A program made the translations under genes and the position numbers. Below, piece by piece: positions 9,068 to 18,724 of a stretch of DNA of 64,000 bases (positions are counted from its first letter, which is position 1; every line of letters begins with the position of its first letter). The stretch spans positions 96,001 to 160,000 of the forward strand of contig CAVPOC010000008.1 of the NCBI GenBank assembly GCA_963706955.1, written 5' to 3'. This DNA comes from an uncultured Verrucomicrobiae bacterium (lineage in GTDB: Bacteria > Verrucomicrobiota > Verrucomicrobiia > Chthoniobacterales > Terrimicrobiaceae). The notes beneath the pieces are model-generated. The model worked only from the letters and a program-made list of their open reading frames with translations, searched no databases and was not told where the DNA came from.

Positions 9068-10495
9068 ATGCCAATCGACCAGACCTTACGGGGTCTTGCT
9101 CTGGAAATCGACGCATCCGTCGATCTCGCACCCGAAGCCCAGCCGCTCCTCGAATATCGGTTCATCGATCTTGCCAGCACCCAAACAATTCTCGCCCGCA
9201 TCAAAGGGGTCTCGGTCTCGACTGGCGGAGGCAAGTTGGCTTTTGAAACTAACGCGGGCACCGCTGCCACGACCCCGCGGATGCTTATTGACGATCAGGG
9301 CAACGTGGGCATTGGAACCGAGAACCCGGGAGCCAGACTGGATGTCGTCGGTGGCGCAAAGTTCAAGGGTCCGCTCGATATTCAGGGAGCTCTCACCGTG
9401 AGTGGCGTCGCGACGATTGGTGGGAATTTGACGGTCAGCGGAAAACTGACGGCAGGCAGCTTTGCGGGCGACGCTGCCGAATTGAGAAATGTCACACCAG
9501 CGGACGGCTCTGTGACCAACGCCAAACTCGCCCAGGATGCCGCTTCGCTTAGCAAAGTGACCGGCGGATCGATGGTCATGAGCGGCGGGAAGCTTGCCAT
9601 CGGAACCGAAAATCCGATCGCGAAGTTGCACATCCGGTCAGCCGCTGGTGACGTCCTCCCGCCACGCTTAGAGGCTTCGGACGCCGCAAGTTTCGCCGCT
9701 GGCTGGGACTTTTATCATGAGACCGCAGGGAAAGGTTACGTCGGGGTGCCAGGTTCCGCGACGGGGATCGCTCCGGGGGAGATGCTGCTCTTCGGGTCGG
9801 CGGGAACCAAGCTCTCGCTGTGGGCAGGAGGAAACAGAAGTCTCACCCTGGACACGAACGGCAACGTCGGCATCGGGACGACCGACCCGACTCACCGCTT
9901 TCACGTATCGGCGCCTGACGCCGTTGGGCTGTTTGAGTCCACCGGAAGCCAGGCCTATTTGCGACTGACCACCAGAGAAGGACTCGACAACCGAGTGGAA
10001 ATTACGAACCGACCCGGTGGACGATTAAGCCTATGGACGCCCGCGGGGGATGTATTAAACATCACCAGAGCGGGAATGGTCGGCATCGGCACCATCGCGC
10101 CGAGTTTCAACCTCGATGTCGCTGGCTTCGCTCATGCATCGAGCTTCCCGACCTCCTCGGACGCAAGATTCAAGACGAACGTCGCTCAAGTTCGCGGCGT
10201 TCTTGAGAAGCTGAAGCAGGTTCGTGCGGTTTTCTTCGAGTGGAACGAGCATTATCGAACACTCGGCCGTTCAACCGGAAAGCGGGAAATCGGCGTGGTT
10301 GCTCAGGAGATCGAAGCTGTCTTTCCCGAGTTGGTAACCGAGTGGGGTGATAAGAAATACAAGGCACTTGACTACGGCCGCCTGGCCGCAGTCCTACTCG
10401 AAGCGGTCAAGGAACTTGCGGCGCATAGTGAGATCTTGAGCCAACAGGTCCGAGACCTGCAAAAGGCAACCGCACGCAATATGCCAAACTGCTAG
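9068..10495 (+). CDS. Tail-fibre-like paralog 7 with Peptidase_S74 chaperone
   Basis: Shared N-terminus; several GNVGIGT/GMVGIGT motifs; SSDARFK...IGVVAQEIEAVFPELV...LDYGRL. Confidence 0.85.
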   Translation: MPIDQTLRGLALEIDASVDLAPEAQPLLEYRFIDLASTQTILARIKGVSVSTGGGKLAFETNAGTAATTPRMLIDDQGNVGIGTENPGARLDVVGGAKFKGPLDIQGALTVSGVATIGGNLTVSGKLTAGSFAGDAAELRNVTPADGSVTNAKLAQDAASLSKVTGGSMVMSGGKLAIGTENPIAKLHIRSAAGDVLPPRLEASDAASFAAGWDFYHETAGKGYVGVPGSATGIAPGEMLLFGSAGTKLSLWAGGNRSLTLDTNGNVGIGTTDPTHRFHVSAPDAVGLFESTGSQAYLRLTTREGLDNRVEITNRPGGRLSLWTPAGDVLNITRAGMVGIGTIAPSFNLDVAGFAHASSFPTSSDARFKTNVAQVRGVLEKLKQVRAVFFEWNEHYRTLGRSTGKREIGVVAQEIEAVFPELVTEWGDKKYKALDYGRLAAVLLEAVKELAAHSEILSQQVRDLQKATARNMPNC

Positions 10496-10600
10496 TAGTA
10501 ATTTCTCCAGTGTGATAATGCCCGACTGCTATTTTGATTCTCAATAGGACGATTATTGCCTCTACTGAGTAGCAGCTATCGGAATCGACTAAGGTACTTT

Positions 10601-12173
10601 ATGCCAATCGATCAAACCTTGCGCGGGCTTGCTCTGGAAATCGACGCATCCAATGACCCGGCCCCAGAAACGCAGCCGGTCCTTGAATATCGCTTCATCG
10701 ATCTTGCCAGCACGCAAACGATTCTCGCTCGCGTCAAAGCAATACCGCTAGCCAGCGGCGGAGGCGAATTGGCCTTTGAAACCAACGCAGGAACCGATAC
10801 CACGACCCCGCGGATGCTTATTGACGATCAAGGCAATGTCGGCATTGGAACGGAGGAACCAGCCGCCAGATTGGAAGTCGCCGGCGACGTCAGATTCAAC
10901 GGCCCGCTCGATATCCAAGGGGCCCTCACCGTAAGTGGCGTCGCCACAATCGGTGGCGATTTAAACGTCGCGGGAAAACTGAACGCAGGCTAGCTTTGCG
11001 GGTGATGCGGCCGAATTGCGCAATGTCACACCAGCAGACGGCTCTGTGACCAATGCGAAACTGGCCCAGGATGCCGCTTCGCTTAGCAGAGTGACCGGCG
11101 GATCGATGGTCGTCAGCGATGGCAGGCTCGGAATCGGAACCGAAAATCCGATCGCGAAGTTGCACATACGGTCAGCCGCTGGTGAAGTCCTCCCGCCACG
11201 CTTAGAGGCTTCGGACGCTACAAGTTTCGCCGCTGGCTGGGACTTTTATCATGAGACCGCAGCGAAAGGTTACGTCGGGGTCCCAAATTCCGCGACGGGG
11301 ATCGCTCCGGGGGAGATGCTGCTCTTCGGGTCGGCGGGAACCAAGCTCTCGCTGTGGGCAGGAGGAAACAGAAGTCTCACCCTGGACACAAACGGCAATG
11401 TCGGCATTGGAACGACTGATCCCGACCGACCTCTCGCTATAACGGCGGTCCGCACATCCCAGGAGTTGATTAGCTTCAAAGATCCGAGTGGTGTCACCAG
11501 ATGGCACATCAACCAAAACTTGGGCGGGTCGTTTGCGGGCTTGAACTTCGTGGAATCACGCGTGGCCGACGGCAGGCTGTTTCTTAAAGCCGGCGGGAAT
11601 GTGGGCATCGGAACAGTCAATCCGGAACGCAAGCTGCAGATTGGCGACGATGTTATTGGTTTGGGTTTCGACCCGGGAACCTCGCCCAATGCAGGTGTCC
11701 TCCGTTTCGGCGACAATACCGGATGGAAATTGCATTTCGGCCGTTCCCGCGAAGCGAGCGGGGGTGCGCTGAATCGCGGGACCGCTGGGTTACTGATGAC
11801 GATTCAGGATAACGGCAACGTCATTGTGAAGGGGTCGGTTCAGGCTCGTAGCTTTCCTACGACGTCCGATGCAAAGTATAAGACCGACATCGCACCTTTA
11901 ACTGGTGTCTTGGCAAAATTGGACAAGTTGCGCGCAATAGTATTTTCGTGGAATGGTCTGCCTGAGTCTCAAGATCACTGCGCGGACCGCAAAGAAATTG
12001 GAGTTATCGCCCAAGAGGTCGAAGCCGTCTTTCCTGAATTAGTGACAACATGGGAGGGGCGCTACAAAGCAGTTGAGTATGGTAGGTTCTCCGCCGTGCT
12101 CCTTGAGGCTGTTAAAGAGTTGAAGGCAAAGGTTGATGCCTTGGCGCAGAGAACTGCACCGTTAGGATCTTGA
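10601..12173 (+). pseudogene. Tail-fibre-like paralog 8 with Peptidase_S74 chaperone, split by a +1 insertion (real or assembly error)
   Basis: GCA GGC T AGC TTT at 10985-10997 versus GCA GGC AGC TTT in paralog 7. The extra T at 10991 creates TAG. The downstream frame continues to TSDAKYK...IGVIAQEVEAVFPELV. Confidence 0.8.
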
Positions 12174-12218
12174 GCAAAGGACGATTCGATAGATCCAGAG
12201 CCTCAGAACGAACAAATT

Positions 12219-12449
12219 ATGCAACAACAGATCCAATCCAGGATTGCGGTTTTAAAAAGTGAATTCGAGACCGGCCAAACAAAACTCCAGGAACTCGAAC
12301 TGCAACAGTCACGAATCCGCGAAACGCTCTTGCGCATCAGTGGCGCCATCCAGGTCCTCGAGGAGATGCTCGAGTCAAACAAAGCCGAGGAAGAACCGGC
12401 GCCGAACGACTCCGTTCCGGCCGAACCCTCCGCCGTTGGCAAGGGCTGA
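12219..12449 (+). CDS. Small coiled-coil protein closing the fibre array
   Basis: MQQQIQSRIAVLKSEFETGQTKLQELE...ETLLRISGAIQVLEEML; heptad pattern; I recall this motif next to tail-fibre genes, not verified by search. Confidence 0.75.
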   Translation: MQQQIQSRIAVLKSEFETGQTKLQELELQQSRIRETLLRISGAIQVLEEMLESNKAEEEPAPNDSVPAEPSAVGKG

Positions 12450-12766
12450 CGCTTTTCACCGAAGCCAAGGCACCATCCGCCGGGCGGTGGGCTCTACCTC
12501 GAAGCTGGACGAGGCGAACTCAAAGCATGCTCGTGCGTTCGAAAACGAACCGGCGACCCAAAGTCAGCGATGGGAAACCCATCTGCGCGCCCAAAGCTTC
12601 GACGTGTCGGTGCTTTGATTATCGTCACTCCTCTGAGTTCTCGGTGGTCAGGATAGCTGGGATCCAACCAAGTTTCTCATCCTCGCAAAGATCCGGCCGA
12701 GAGGACTCGAACTAAGGCCCGCCTCATCGAAACGGTTGGCGTGAGTTCGGCATCAATGAATCTGAG

Positions 12767-14008
12767 TCATGCAAAACGGTTTTTTGAGAGATATTTCGAC
12801 CACCCTGTCCTCTGATCAAAGGAGAGCTTCTCGTAGGTCTTCCTCACACTGTCGAAAGAGTAATTGGATGTTGGATACCAAAAGGCGAGGCCATGAGAAT
12901 TCTGAACTGCTGGGCCGAGAGCGGCCGAATGGATGCGACTATCGTCAAATGCGGCGATAATTTGATCGCAACTAGCCTTCACATCCTCTGCAGTTGCCGT
13001 GGATTTTAGTTTTTCGGCAAAATCGCGAATGTCAAAGGTATCGCGCCGCGCGAAAGACTGTGAATCAAGAACGGCTAACTTTAGCCACTTCATGCCTTCG
13101 GTAGCATGAGGACTAAGGACGTCCACCAGCCCTTTCATTGCATCCGTTAGTTGATTATCGGTCCGAAACGCAGCGAGGGTGCATGGAAATTGATCTGGTC
13201 GATTTTTGTAGCCAACTTCAAACCCTTCGACGGCTTGTCTGGCCCACTCGACTGCATCTGCCGGGGGCGAGTCGCTCATCAGACCAAACCACTCGTGGTA
13301 CTCCCACCCGTCTCCTGGTTCGAGATCCTCCGATCCGACGACCACCTCGGCGAATTCCTTGAACTGATCCAAAACCTCAATCATCCCATTTAGACAGGTA
13401 TCCGAAAAAATCAGATCAACCTTTTTTCCCTCCATTCCTGCCCTCGAGAAAGCCGCCTTGAGAACACCGTGAGCCTCATAATTGGTCAAAACGCCACCGT
13501 TTGTGTCATCATGCAGCATTGCGCGCAGCTCGGGCTCAGCCGCGAGCTTCGAAGGGGAGACGAACAGCTGTCGCGCCGGCACAGAACGACTGCGACGATG
13601 GCGCGGAACAGCCCTCAACCGACGTTCCAGATACGTCTCATTCGGATCGTGCTCATCGAAGACACCGCTTCCGTGATCCCAAAACCCGATCGCCTTGTGA
13701 GGCACTTTCTTCGTTGTCACCAAACTTCGCGCGAGAAAGCTGGCCAACGTTTCGGGATCGCCGGTATCAATCTCTCCGAGCGATTCGACAACATGAAGGC
13801 CCGCGCTCGGGGTGAGAGCCATGACTTTGGCCTCGCCATCTTCGAAGTCTGAAAGGGCGATGACTGCGAAGGGACCCCTGTTGCCTGCAGCCATTTCTTG
13901 AAGGTCTTCGATGACATATGCATTCAGGTTATTGTCGCCACCGAAGATCTCGATGACTACGTGGGTTACATTCGAAAGATCAATGGGAATGGGTATGGGC
14001 GTTGCCAT
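12767..14008 (-). CDS. Clostripain-family (C11) cysteine peptidase
   Basis: GGDNNL, WDHGSG (catalytic His), FSDTCLNG (catalytic Cys), GSEDLEPGDGW. Confidence 0.85.
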   Translation of the reverse strand: MATPIPIPIDLSNVTHVVIEIFGGDNNLNAYVIEDLQEMAAGNRGPFAVIALSDFEDGEAKVMALTPSAGLHVVESLGEIDTGDPETLASFLARSLVTTKKVPHKAIGFWDHGSGVFDEHDPNETYLERRLRAVPRHRRSRSVPARQLFVSPSKLAAEPELRAMLHDDTNGGVLTNYEAHGVLKAAFSRAGMEGKKVDLIFSDTCLNGMIEVLDQFKEFAEVVVGSEDLEPGDGWEYHEWFGLMSDSPPADAVEWARQAVEGFEVGYKNRPDQFPCTLAAFRTDNQLTDAMKGLVDVLSPHATEGMKWLKLAVLDSQSFARRDTFDIRDFAEKLKSTATAEDVKASCDQIIAAFDDSRIHSAALGPAVQNSHGLAFWYPTSNYSFDSVRKTYEKLSFDQRTGWSKYLSKNRFA

Positions 14009-14757
14009 AAATTTGTTTGAAGAATTTCCTGTTAGTTTAGTTTCGATTTGGTGCGCGGTTCAAGCCGCAGGATGCGGATGCGTGGTCTCACGAAGCGAGA
14101 ACAAAATTGGATTATTCACTCACTGAAATTTTTAATTCGGCTCGTGGGAGCAACGACCGGCTGTTTGAGTTCCTCGACTTCGAGAACCGCCAAAGCCTTC
14201 CGTTGCGTTCCGCCACCGGACCATGATGATCTTGTTCTGCAGCAGATCGTTTCCGTGAAGTTCATTGAGAAAACTTATCCGTTCAAGCATGTACAAAGGC
14301 ATTTAGGGCGCAGAGTTTCACTATTAGCTCAGAAATCGACGACCATTCACGGCGAGACAAGGGGCGCGAATAACGCCTACACTCGCTGGCCTCGAGTCAA
14401 CGTCGACGCAACTAGCAATTCGATCCAAGGCGAGTTCAGATTTGGCTGGGCAAATTGCCGTGAACCGATGAAGAGCATGTTAATCTTTCGAAAAACGATC
14501 CGCCACCCACCTGCACCGAAAAGTCGGGCAATGGTCTTGAATTATCGTCGACCTCTGTGTTCTCGGTGTCCTTGGCGGTTAGGAGGGTTGGATGGATGAG
14601 AGTTGAGCGGATCAAGCAAGCCTCTCGTCCGGTCGCAAGAAATCGGGCCGACACGATTATCCCCCTCGAGTCAACCTCGCCCCCCATGTCCACTCGCCCC
14701 AGCTAGGTCGTTTCGACTAACTCTTCCTCTGTGTTCTCGGGTCCTCTGTGGTTAGGT

Positions 14758-14778
14758 GTCGGGGCGACAGGATTTGAA
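14758..14778 (-). repeat. 21-bp copy of the tRNA-Pro 3' end (att-like site)
   Basis: GTCGGGGCGACAGGATTTGAA is identical to 21441-21461, in the same orientation. Confidence 0.85.
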
Positions 14779-14816
14779 ATCGAAGCCCGTTCCTTACAAT
14801 CAGGCGCTTATAACGA

Positions 14817-14840
14817 GAGACTCACAAGGAGACTCACAAG
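14817..14840. repeat. Perfect 12-bp tandem repeat near the att-like site
   Basis: GAGACTCACAAG x2. Confidence 0.8.
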
Positions 14841-15184
14841 CCTCAAGGGTGATGCTGATTCGGACCTGCAGAGGGTCATTAAGGCATGGCGCAACTTGCC
14901 TACAAACTTAAAGGCTGCGATCGTGTCGATCGCTTGCCCCGATTGTTACTGACAGAAGTAAATCAACGGATCTTTTCAGGGTTACACCTTTGGGTCACGG
15001 GAGTTGCATAATTTTTTCCGCCGCATTCCCGTAGCACGTCCATCTGATACGTATGACCCTCGAGTATTCCAGAATTCGCGATGTTATGAGGGAGGCTCGG
15101 TGACCCAGGAACAACTCGCATGACCCTGCCGTGAGTCGTCTCGCAACTGTTGAGTGCGTCTGGCCACCGTGTTAGACTCCACTC

Positions 15185-15409
15185 ATGGATCCGATCATCA
15201 ACCTCGAGGAAACACCCGGCAAGACGGTCGGGCGGAGACGAGTCGCTGACGGATTCCGCTTTGGTATGGGACTTCAGAAGGCAGGCGCCTCGTTTCGGCA
15301 AGCGCTCGGCGTTCCCAAAGGAGTTTATCGGTTTCACTCACATGAGGAGGCAAACGATTGGCTGATGACGAAGATCGCCGAAGCGGCAGCGAGGAAGAAT
15401 CGGAATTAG
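15185..15409 (+). CDS. Small protein, putative partner/antitoxin of the downstream nucleotidyltransferase
   Basis: 74 aa with PKGVYRFHSHEEANDW motif; overlaps the next ORF. Confidence 0.6.
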   Translation: MDPIINLEETPGKTVGRRRVADGFRFGMGLQKAGASFRQALGVPKGVYRFHSHEEANDWLMTKIAEAAARKNRN

Positions 15410-15891
15410 TCCCGAGACCGCCGGTTGAAGAGGATCTCGTCGCGCTCTGCCGGATCCTAAACAAACTCGGCGCACGCTACCTGGTGATCGGCGGTTACGC
15501 AATCATCCATGCCGGATATCCGAGATTCACCGGGGACCTTGATATCCTCATGGACACCGCGCCTGAGAACGAAGCGAAGATCTATATGGCGCTTCGGAGC
15601 CTCCCCGACCGTGCGGCGGACGAACTCGACCCCGGGGACGTCTCCAAATACACCGTTGTTCGCGTGGCGGATGAGATTGTAGTCGACCTGATGAAATCCG
15701 CTTCCGGGATCGGTTATGAGGAAGCATCCAAAGATATCATCGTCCGAAAAATCGGCGATGTTGAAATTCCGTTCGCCTCGCCTCGCCTCCTTTGGCGCAT
15801 GAAGAAGAACACTCGCCGAGAGAAGGATGCTGGAGATTTGTTCTTCTTGCGAAAGTGGTTCGAAGCTCGCGGCGAATCTCCCCCGGAATAG
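15358..15891 (+). CDS. Pol-beta-superfamily nucleotidyltransferase (DUF6036/AbiEii-like)
   Basis: YLVIGGYA...PRFTGDLDIL...MK..RREKD.GD motifs. Confidence 0.8.
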   Translation: MADDEDRRSGSEEESELVPRPPVEEDLVALCRILNKLGARYLVIGGYAIIHAGYPRFTGDLDILMDTAPENEAKIYMALRSLPDRAADELDPGDVSKYTVVRVADEIVVDLMKSASGIGYEEASKDIIVRKIGDVEIPFASPRLLWRMKKNTRREKDAGDLFFLRKWFEARGESPPE

Positions 15892-16013
15892 TTCAGGTCG
15901 TGCCTCAGGCGCTCCTAAAAATGGAATTTGCGCACGCTAGCAGTCGTAGGAGGGTTATCGCAGCCGGTCCGAAGCGCGCCACCCTTCGCAAAGCACTCTG
16001 ACCGTTTAAAAAG

Positions 16014-16281
16014 CTACGCGCCGATGATCTCGTTCAATGCCTCAATCACTTGATCCGGTTCCTCAACCAAAATGCGCCCAAGTTTCTTGCCGAGCCGCTT
16101 TGCTGAAAGTGTCCTCAGGTGGCTGATTTCACCCACGAACGCTTTGGCAGGTTCGCCCCGGTCAGTTCCAGCGTGAGCGGAAAGCCAGCTCGTGGTTCCT
16201 GGGTTGTGAGCTTGCAGGCAACTACCGTCCCGGACCCTCGTTAAAAACATCGTGACTAAAAACAATAACCGGACGCCGGCC
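16014..16281 (-). pseudogene. Degenerate PemK/MazF-family toxin
   Basis: Across frameshifts reads GRRPVIVFSHDVFNE / GTVVA..TTQEPRAGFPLTLEL..LPKRSWVK / SHLRTLS..RLGKKLG..IEALNEIIGA; 5' end missing. Confidence 0.75.
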
Positions 16282-16561
16282 GTTGCGGGCACCTGTGGCA
16301 ATCCGGCGATCCTTGCCTACTCGAACAAGCTTATTCCCACCGACCGGCCAAACATCGGCGACGCCATGATCTTTCCAGGCGTGACCATCGTGAGATCCTC
16401 TTCGTGGACATCGTCCCGGCGTTTTCCTTTCTCTCGCTCTCCCGACGATTTCGAAGCACGAGATCGCGGGCCTCGAGAAAATGCCGCCCTGTCTTCGTCA
16501 TACGCACCACTTTCATGTAAGCGTCTCGTTGGCAAGGCATGACATTTGGGCCCAGCGCGGT

Positions 16562-17065
16562 CTACCGGTCGGCGTACCGCTTGGCCGCCGCGAGGTCTCT
16601 TCGTAGCTCCTCCGCCGTGCGACGTGGGCCGTAGCCGGGTGTATCGCGCTGGATACGCCACCCTTCCTTCAGCGGCCCAGCGTCGACCGTGTCGAAGCCG
16701 AACTGGTCGAGCAGATCCTTCACCGCAGCCTTGGCGTCAAGGTCGTCGCCCGCGATGACGAGCGCGCGGCGGTTCTTCGAACCCGCCGGCTGCCCGTCGG
16801 TAGTGAGTTGCGCGGCGTAGATATGGTTGAACGCCTTGACGACCTTCGACGTCGGCAGGTGCGCTTGCAGGAGCTCGGACGTCGTTGTCGACTCGTTGTC
16901 GAGCTCAGGAATGTGACCGTCCCGCTGGGGGTAATAGTTGTTGGTGTCGATTACGATTTTCCCCGCCAGTGGCTCAATCGGCACCTCCCGGTAGTTCTTG
17001 AGCGGCAGGGTGACCACGATGATCTCTCCGACCTTTGCGGCGTCCAAGGCGGTTGCCGCGCGCGC
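16562..17065 (-). pseudogene. 5'-truncated NADPH-dependent F420 reductase-family oxidoreductase
   Basis: GKIVIDTNNYYPQRDG, VVKAFNHI motifs present; N-terminal Rossmann GxGxxG absent. Confidence 0.8.
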
Positions 17066-17143
17066 CAATAAGCTGCGCATACGCGATGGCCGTCGGCAAA
17101 GCCCGCTGCTGGTGTATGCGGTTTCGCCGCACGCAGTGCGCCG

Positions 17144-17460
17144 GTGCTCGCGAAGATCGGCAACGCCAGCCTGCTGCTGTTCTTCGTCCTGCTCATCGCG
17201 CTCAATGTCCGCTTGCTGCTCGGCGTCCTCGGCAGCGGCGCGATCCTCGTCGCGGTGCTCTACTTCGCCGGCCTCTTCATCATCGGCTGGCTGCTCGGCG
17301 GATCAAAACCGGAGGTGCGCGGTGTCCTGGGTCTCGCCACCGCCGGGCGCAATTTCGGCGCCGCGCTCGTTCCCGCCACGAGCAGCTTCAACGATCCGAA
17401 AGTCACCATCATGATCGTCGTCGGCGCCGTCGTCTGCCCCATCATTTTGCTCCCTCGCCG
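17144..17460 (+). pseudogene. C-terminal fragment of a bile acid:sodium symporter-family membrane protein
   Basis: Hydrophobic helices with GWLLGG...VLGLATAGRNFGAAL; happens to be in frame with the downstream SDR. Confidence 0.6.
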
Positions 17461-17566
17461 CCGGCTGGGTGCGGCGCCGGACGGGGTCCGTCCCGGCCTG
17501 AATGCCCTTCTCACCTCGCCAACCACAAACCACCGCCCTCAACGTCACTTCACTCACCAATCCCCT

Positions 17567-18391
17567 ATGAAACTCCAAGACAAAGTCGCCCTCATCACTG
17601 GAGGCGCGCAGGGCCTCGGAAAATCCATCGCCCTCGCCATGGCCCGCGAGGGGGCGGATATCGTCATGTGCGACATCAACCCCGACACGCTCCCCGCCGC
17701 CGCGGCGGAGATCGAAGCGCTCGGTAGAGCGTGCCTCGCCGTCCGCTGCGATGTTTCCTCAAGCGCCAGCGTGCGGGAGATGTTCGCCCAGATCGCGGAC
17801 CGCTTCGGCACCCTGCACATTCTCGTGAACAACGCCGCGCTCGTGCAGAAAGGCGAAGCCAATGAGGCGGCACGTTCCCGCTTCTATGAGATGGTGACGA
17901 CGCCGATCCCGAAGCGATCGCTCGGCGTGACGAAGGATTTCACCGACGAGGAATGGCACAAATACTGGGGCGTCAATGTCCACGGCGTCTTCTACTGCAC
18001 GCGTGAGGCGCTCAAGCTGATGGAGCCGCAGAAGGCCGGGAAGATCATCAACATCGCGTCGGTCGCCGGCATTGGCGGCTTCAGTGCGTTTCATCCCTCC
18101 TACTGCGCGACCAAGGGCGCGGTGCTCGCCTTCACCCGCTCGGTCGCCGTCGAGGTTGCCGGGGCCAATGTCTTCGTGAATGCCATCGCCGCGGGCGGCA
18201 TCCTCACACCTCCGATGGAGGCTTATCTTTCCAAGTGCTCGGAGGAAGAGCGAAACCGCGTGCATCAGCTCGTCCCGCTCGGTCGTCTCGGCAAGCCGGA
18301 GGAATATGCCTCGCTCGCGGTCTATCTGGCGTCCGATGAGCACTATCTCGTCGGACAGACCATCAGTCCTAATGGCGGGATGGTTCTTTGA
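17567..18391 (+). CDS. Short-chain dehydrogenase/reductase
   Basis: MKLQDKVALITGGAQGLG, LVNNA, YCATK motif; start set at ATG 17567. Confidence 0.92.
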   Translation: MKLQDKVALITGGAQGLGKSIALAMAREGADIVMCDINPDTLPAAAAEIEALGRACLAVRCDVSSSASVREMFAQIADRFGTLHILVNNAALVQKGEANEAARSRFYEMVTTPIPKRSLGVTKDFTDEEWHKYWGVNVHGVFYCTREALKLMEPQKAGKIINIASVAGIGGFSAFHPSYCATKGAVLAFTRSVAVEVAGANVFVNAIAAGGILTPPMEAYLSKCSEEERNRVHQLVPLGRLGKPEEYASLAVYLASDEHYLVGQTISPNGGMVL

Positions 18392-18724
18392 GCACGCCTA
18401 TGACTCTCCCCACTCAAGATCGTCGCCAGAGACCCAGCTTTTCAAGGAATGCCTTGGAATAGACGCCCGCGGGGACGGTCTTGTGTCCGCCAATGCAAGT
18501 CGCTTGATCTCAGGTTGAGCCAGGTCTTGCGCAGTCAGCGTGGTGATGGCGCTATCTTTGGAGCGAGGCTTATTCCCAACTCCGGGAGAATGCGGTCGCC
18601 GAGGTCCACCACGACGACTCGGACCATGTCCTCTTTGAGGCGATGGGAAGGGGTGCGAGGACGAGGCTTTCGGCCGCTGCCGATGCGATTCCCGGGTATA
18701 ATTCTCCGGCGTCGTCGAGGCTCT

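Noticed and set aside
620..11716. Recurrent minus-strand ORFs (MPTLPLLSISIRW...) in the array
   Set aside because: They are antisense shadows of the repeated plus-strand N-terminus.
609..12173. Diversity-generating retroelement or shufflon acting on the fibre genes
   Set aside because: No reverse transcriptase, no TR/VR pair differing only at adenines, no invertase and no inverted cassettes; all copies are full genes on one strand.
1..12449. Calling the array a prophage or a definite eCIS
   Set aside because: No capsid, terminase, integrase, sheath, tube or baseplate gene is visible in the window; the parent machine cannot be determined here.
14048..14599. 183-aa ORF between the peptidase and the att site
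   Set aside because: No recognisable motifs and it overlaps simple repeats; likely spurious.
14731..14952. 73-aa ORF spanning the att-like site (DLQRVIKAWRNLP...)
   Set aside because: It reads through the tRNA-derived repeat; it resembles short sequences I recall near integration sites, but coding status cannot be supported.
17144..18391. Novel transporter-SDR fusion protein (415 aa)
   Set aside because: The symporter part is a fragment joined by a non-protein-like linker; the SDR has its own typical start at 17567.
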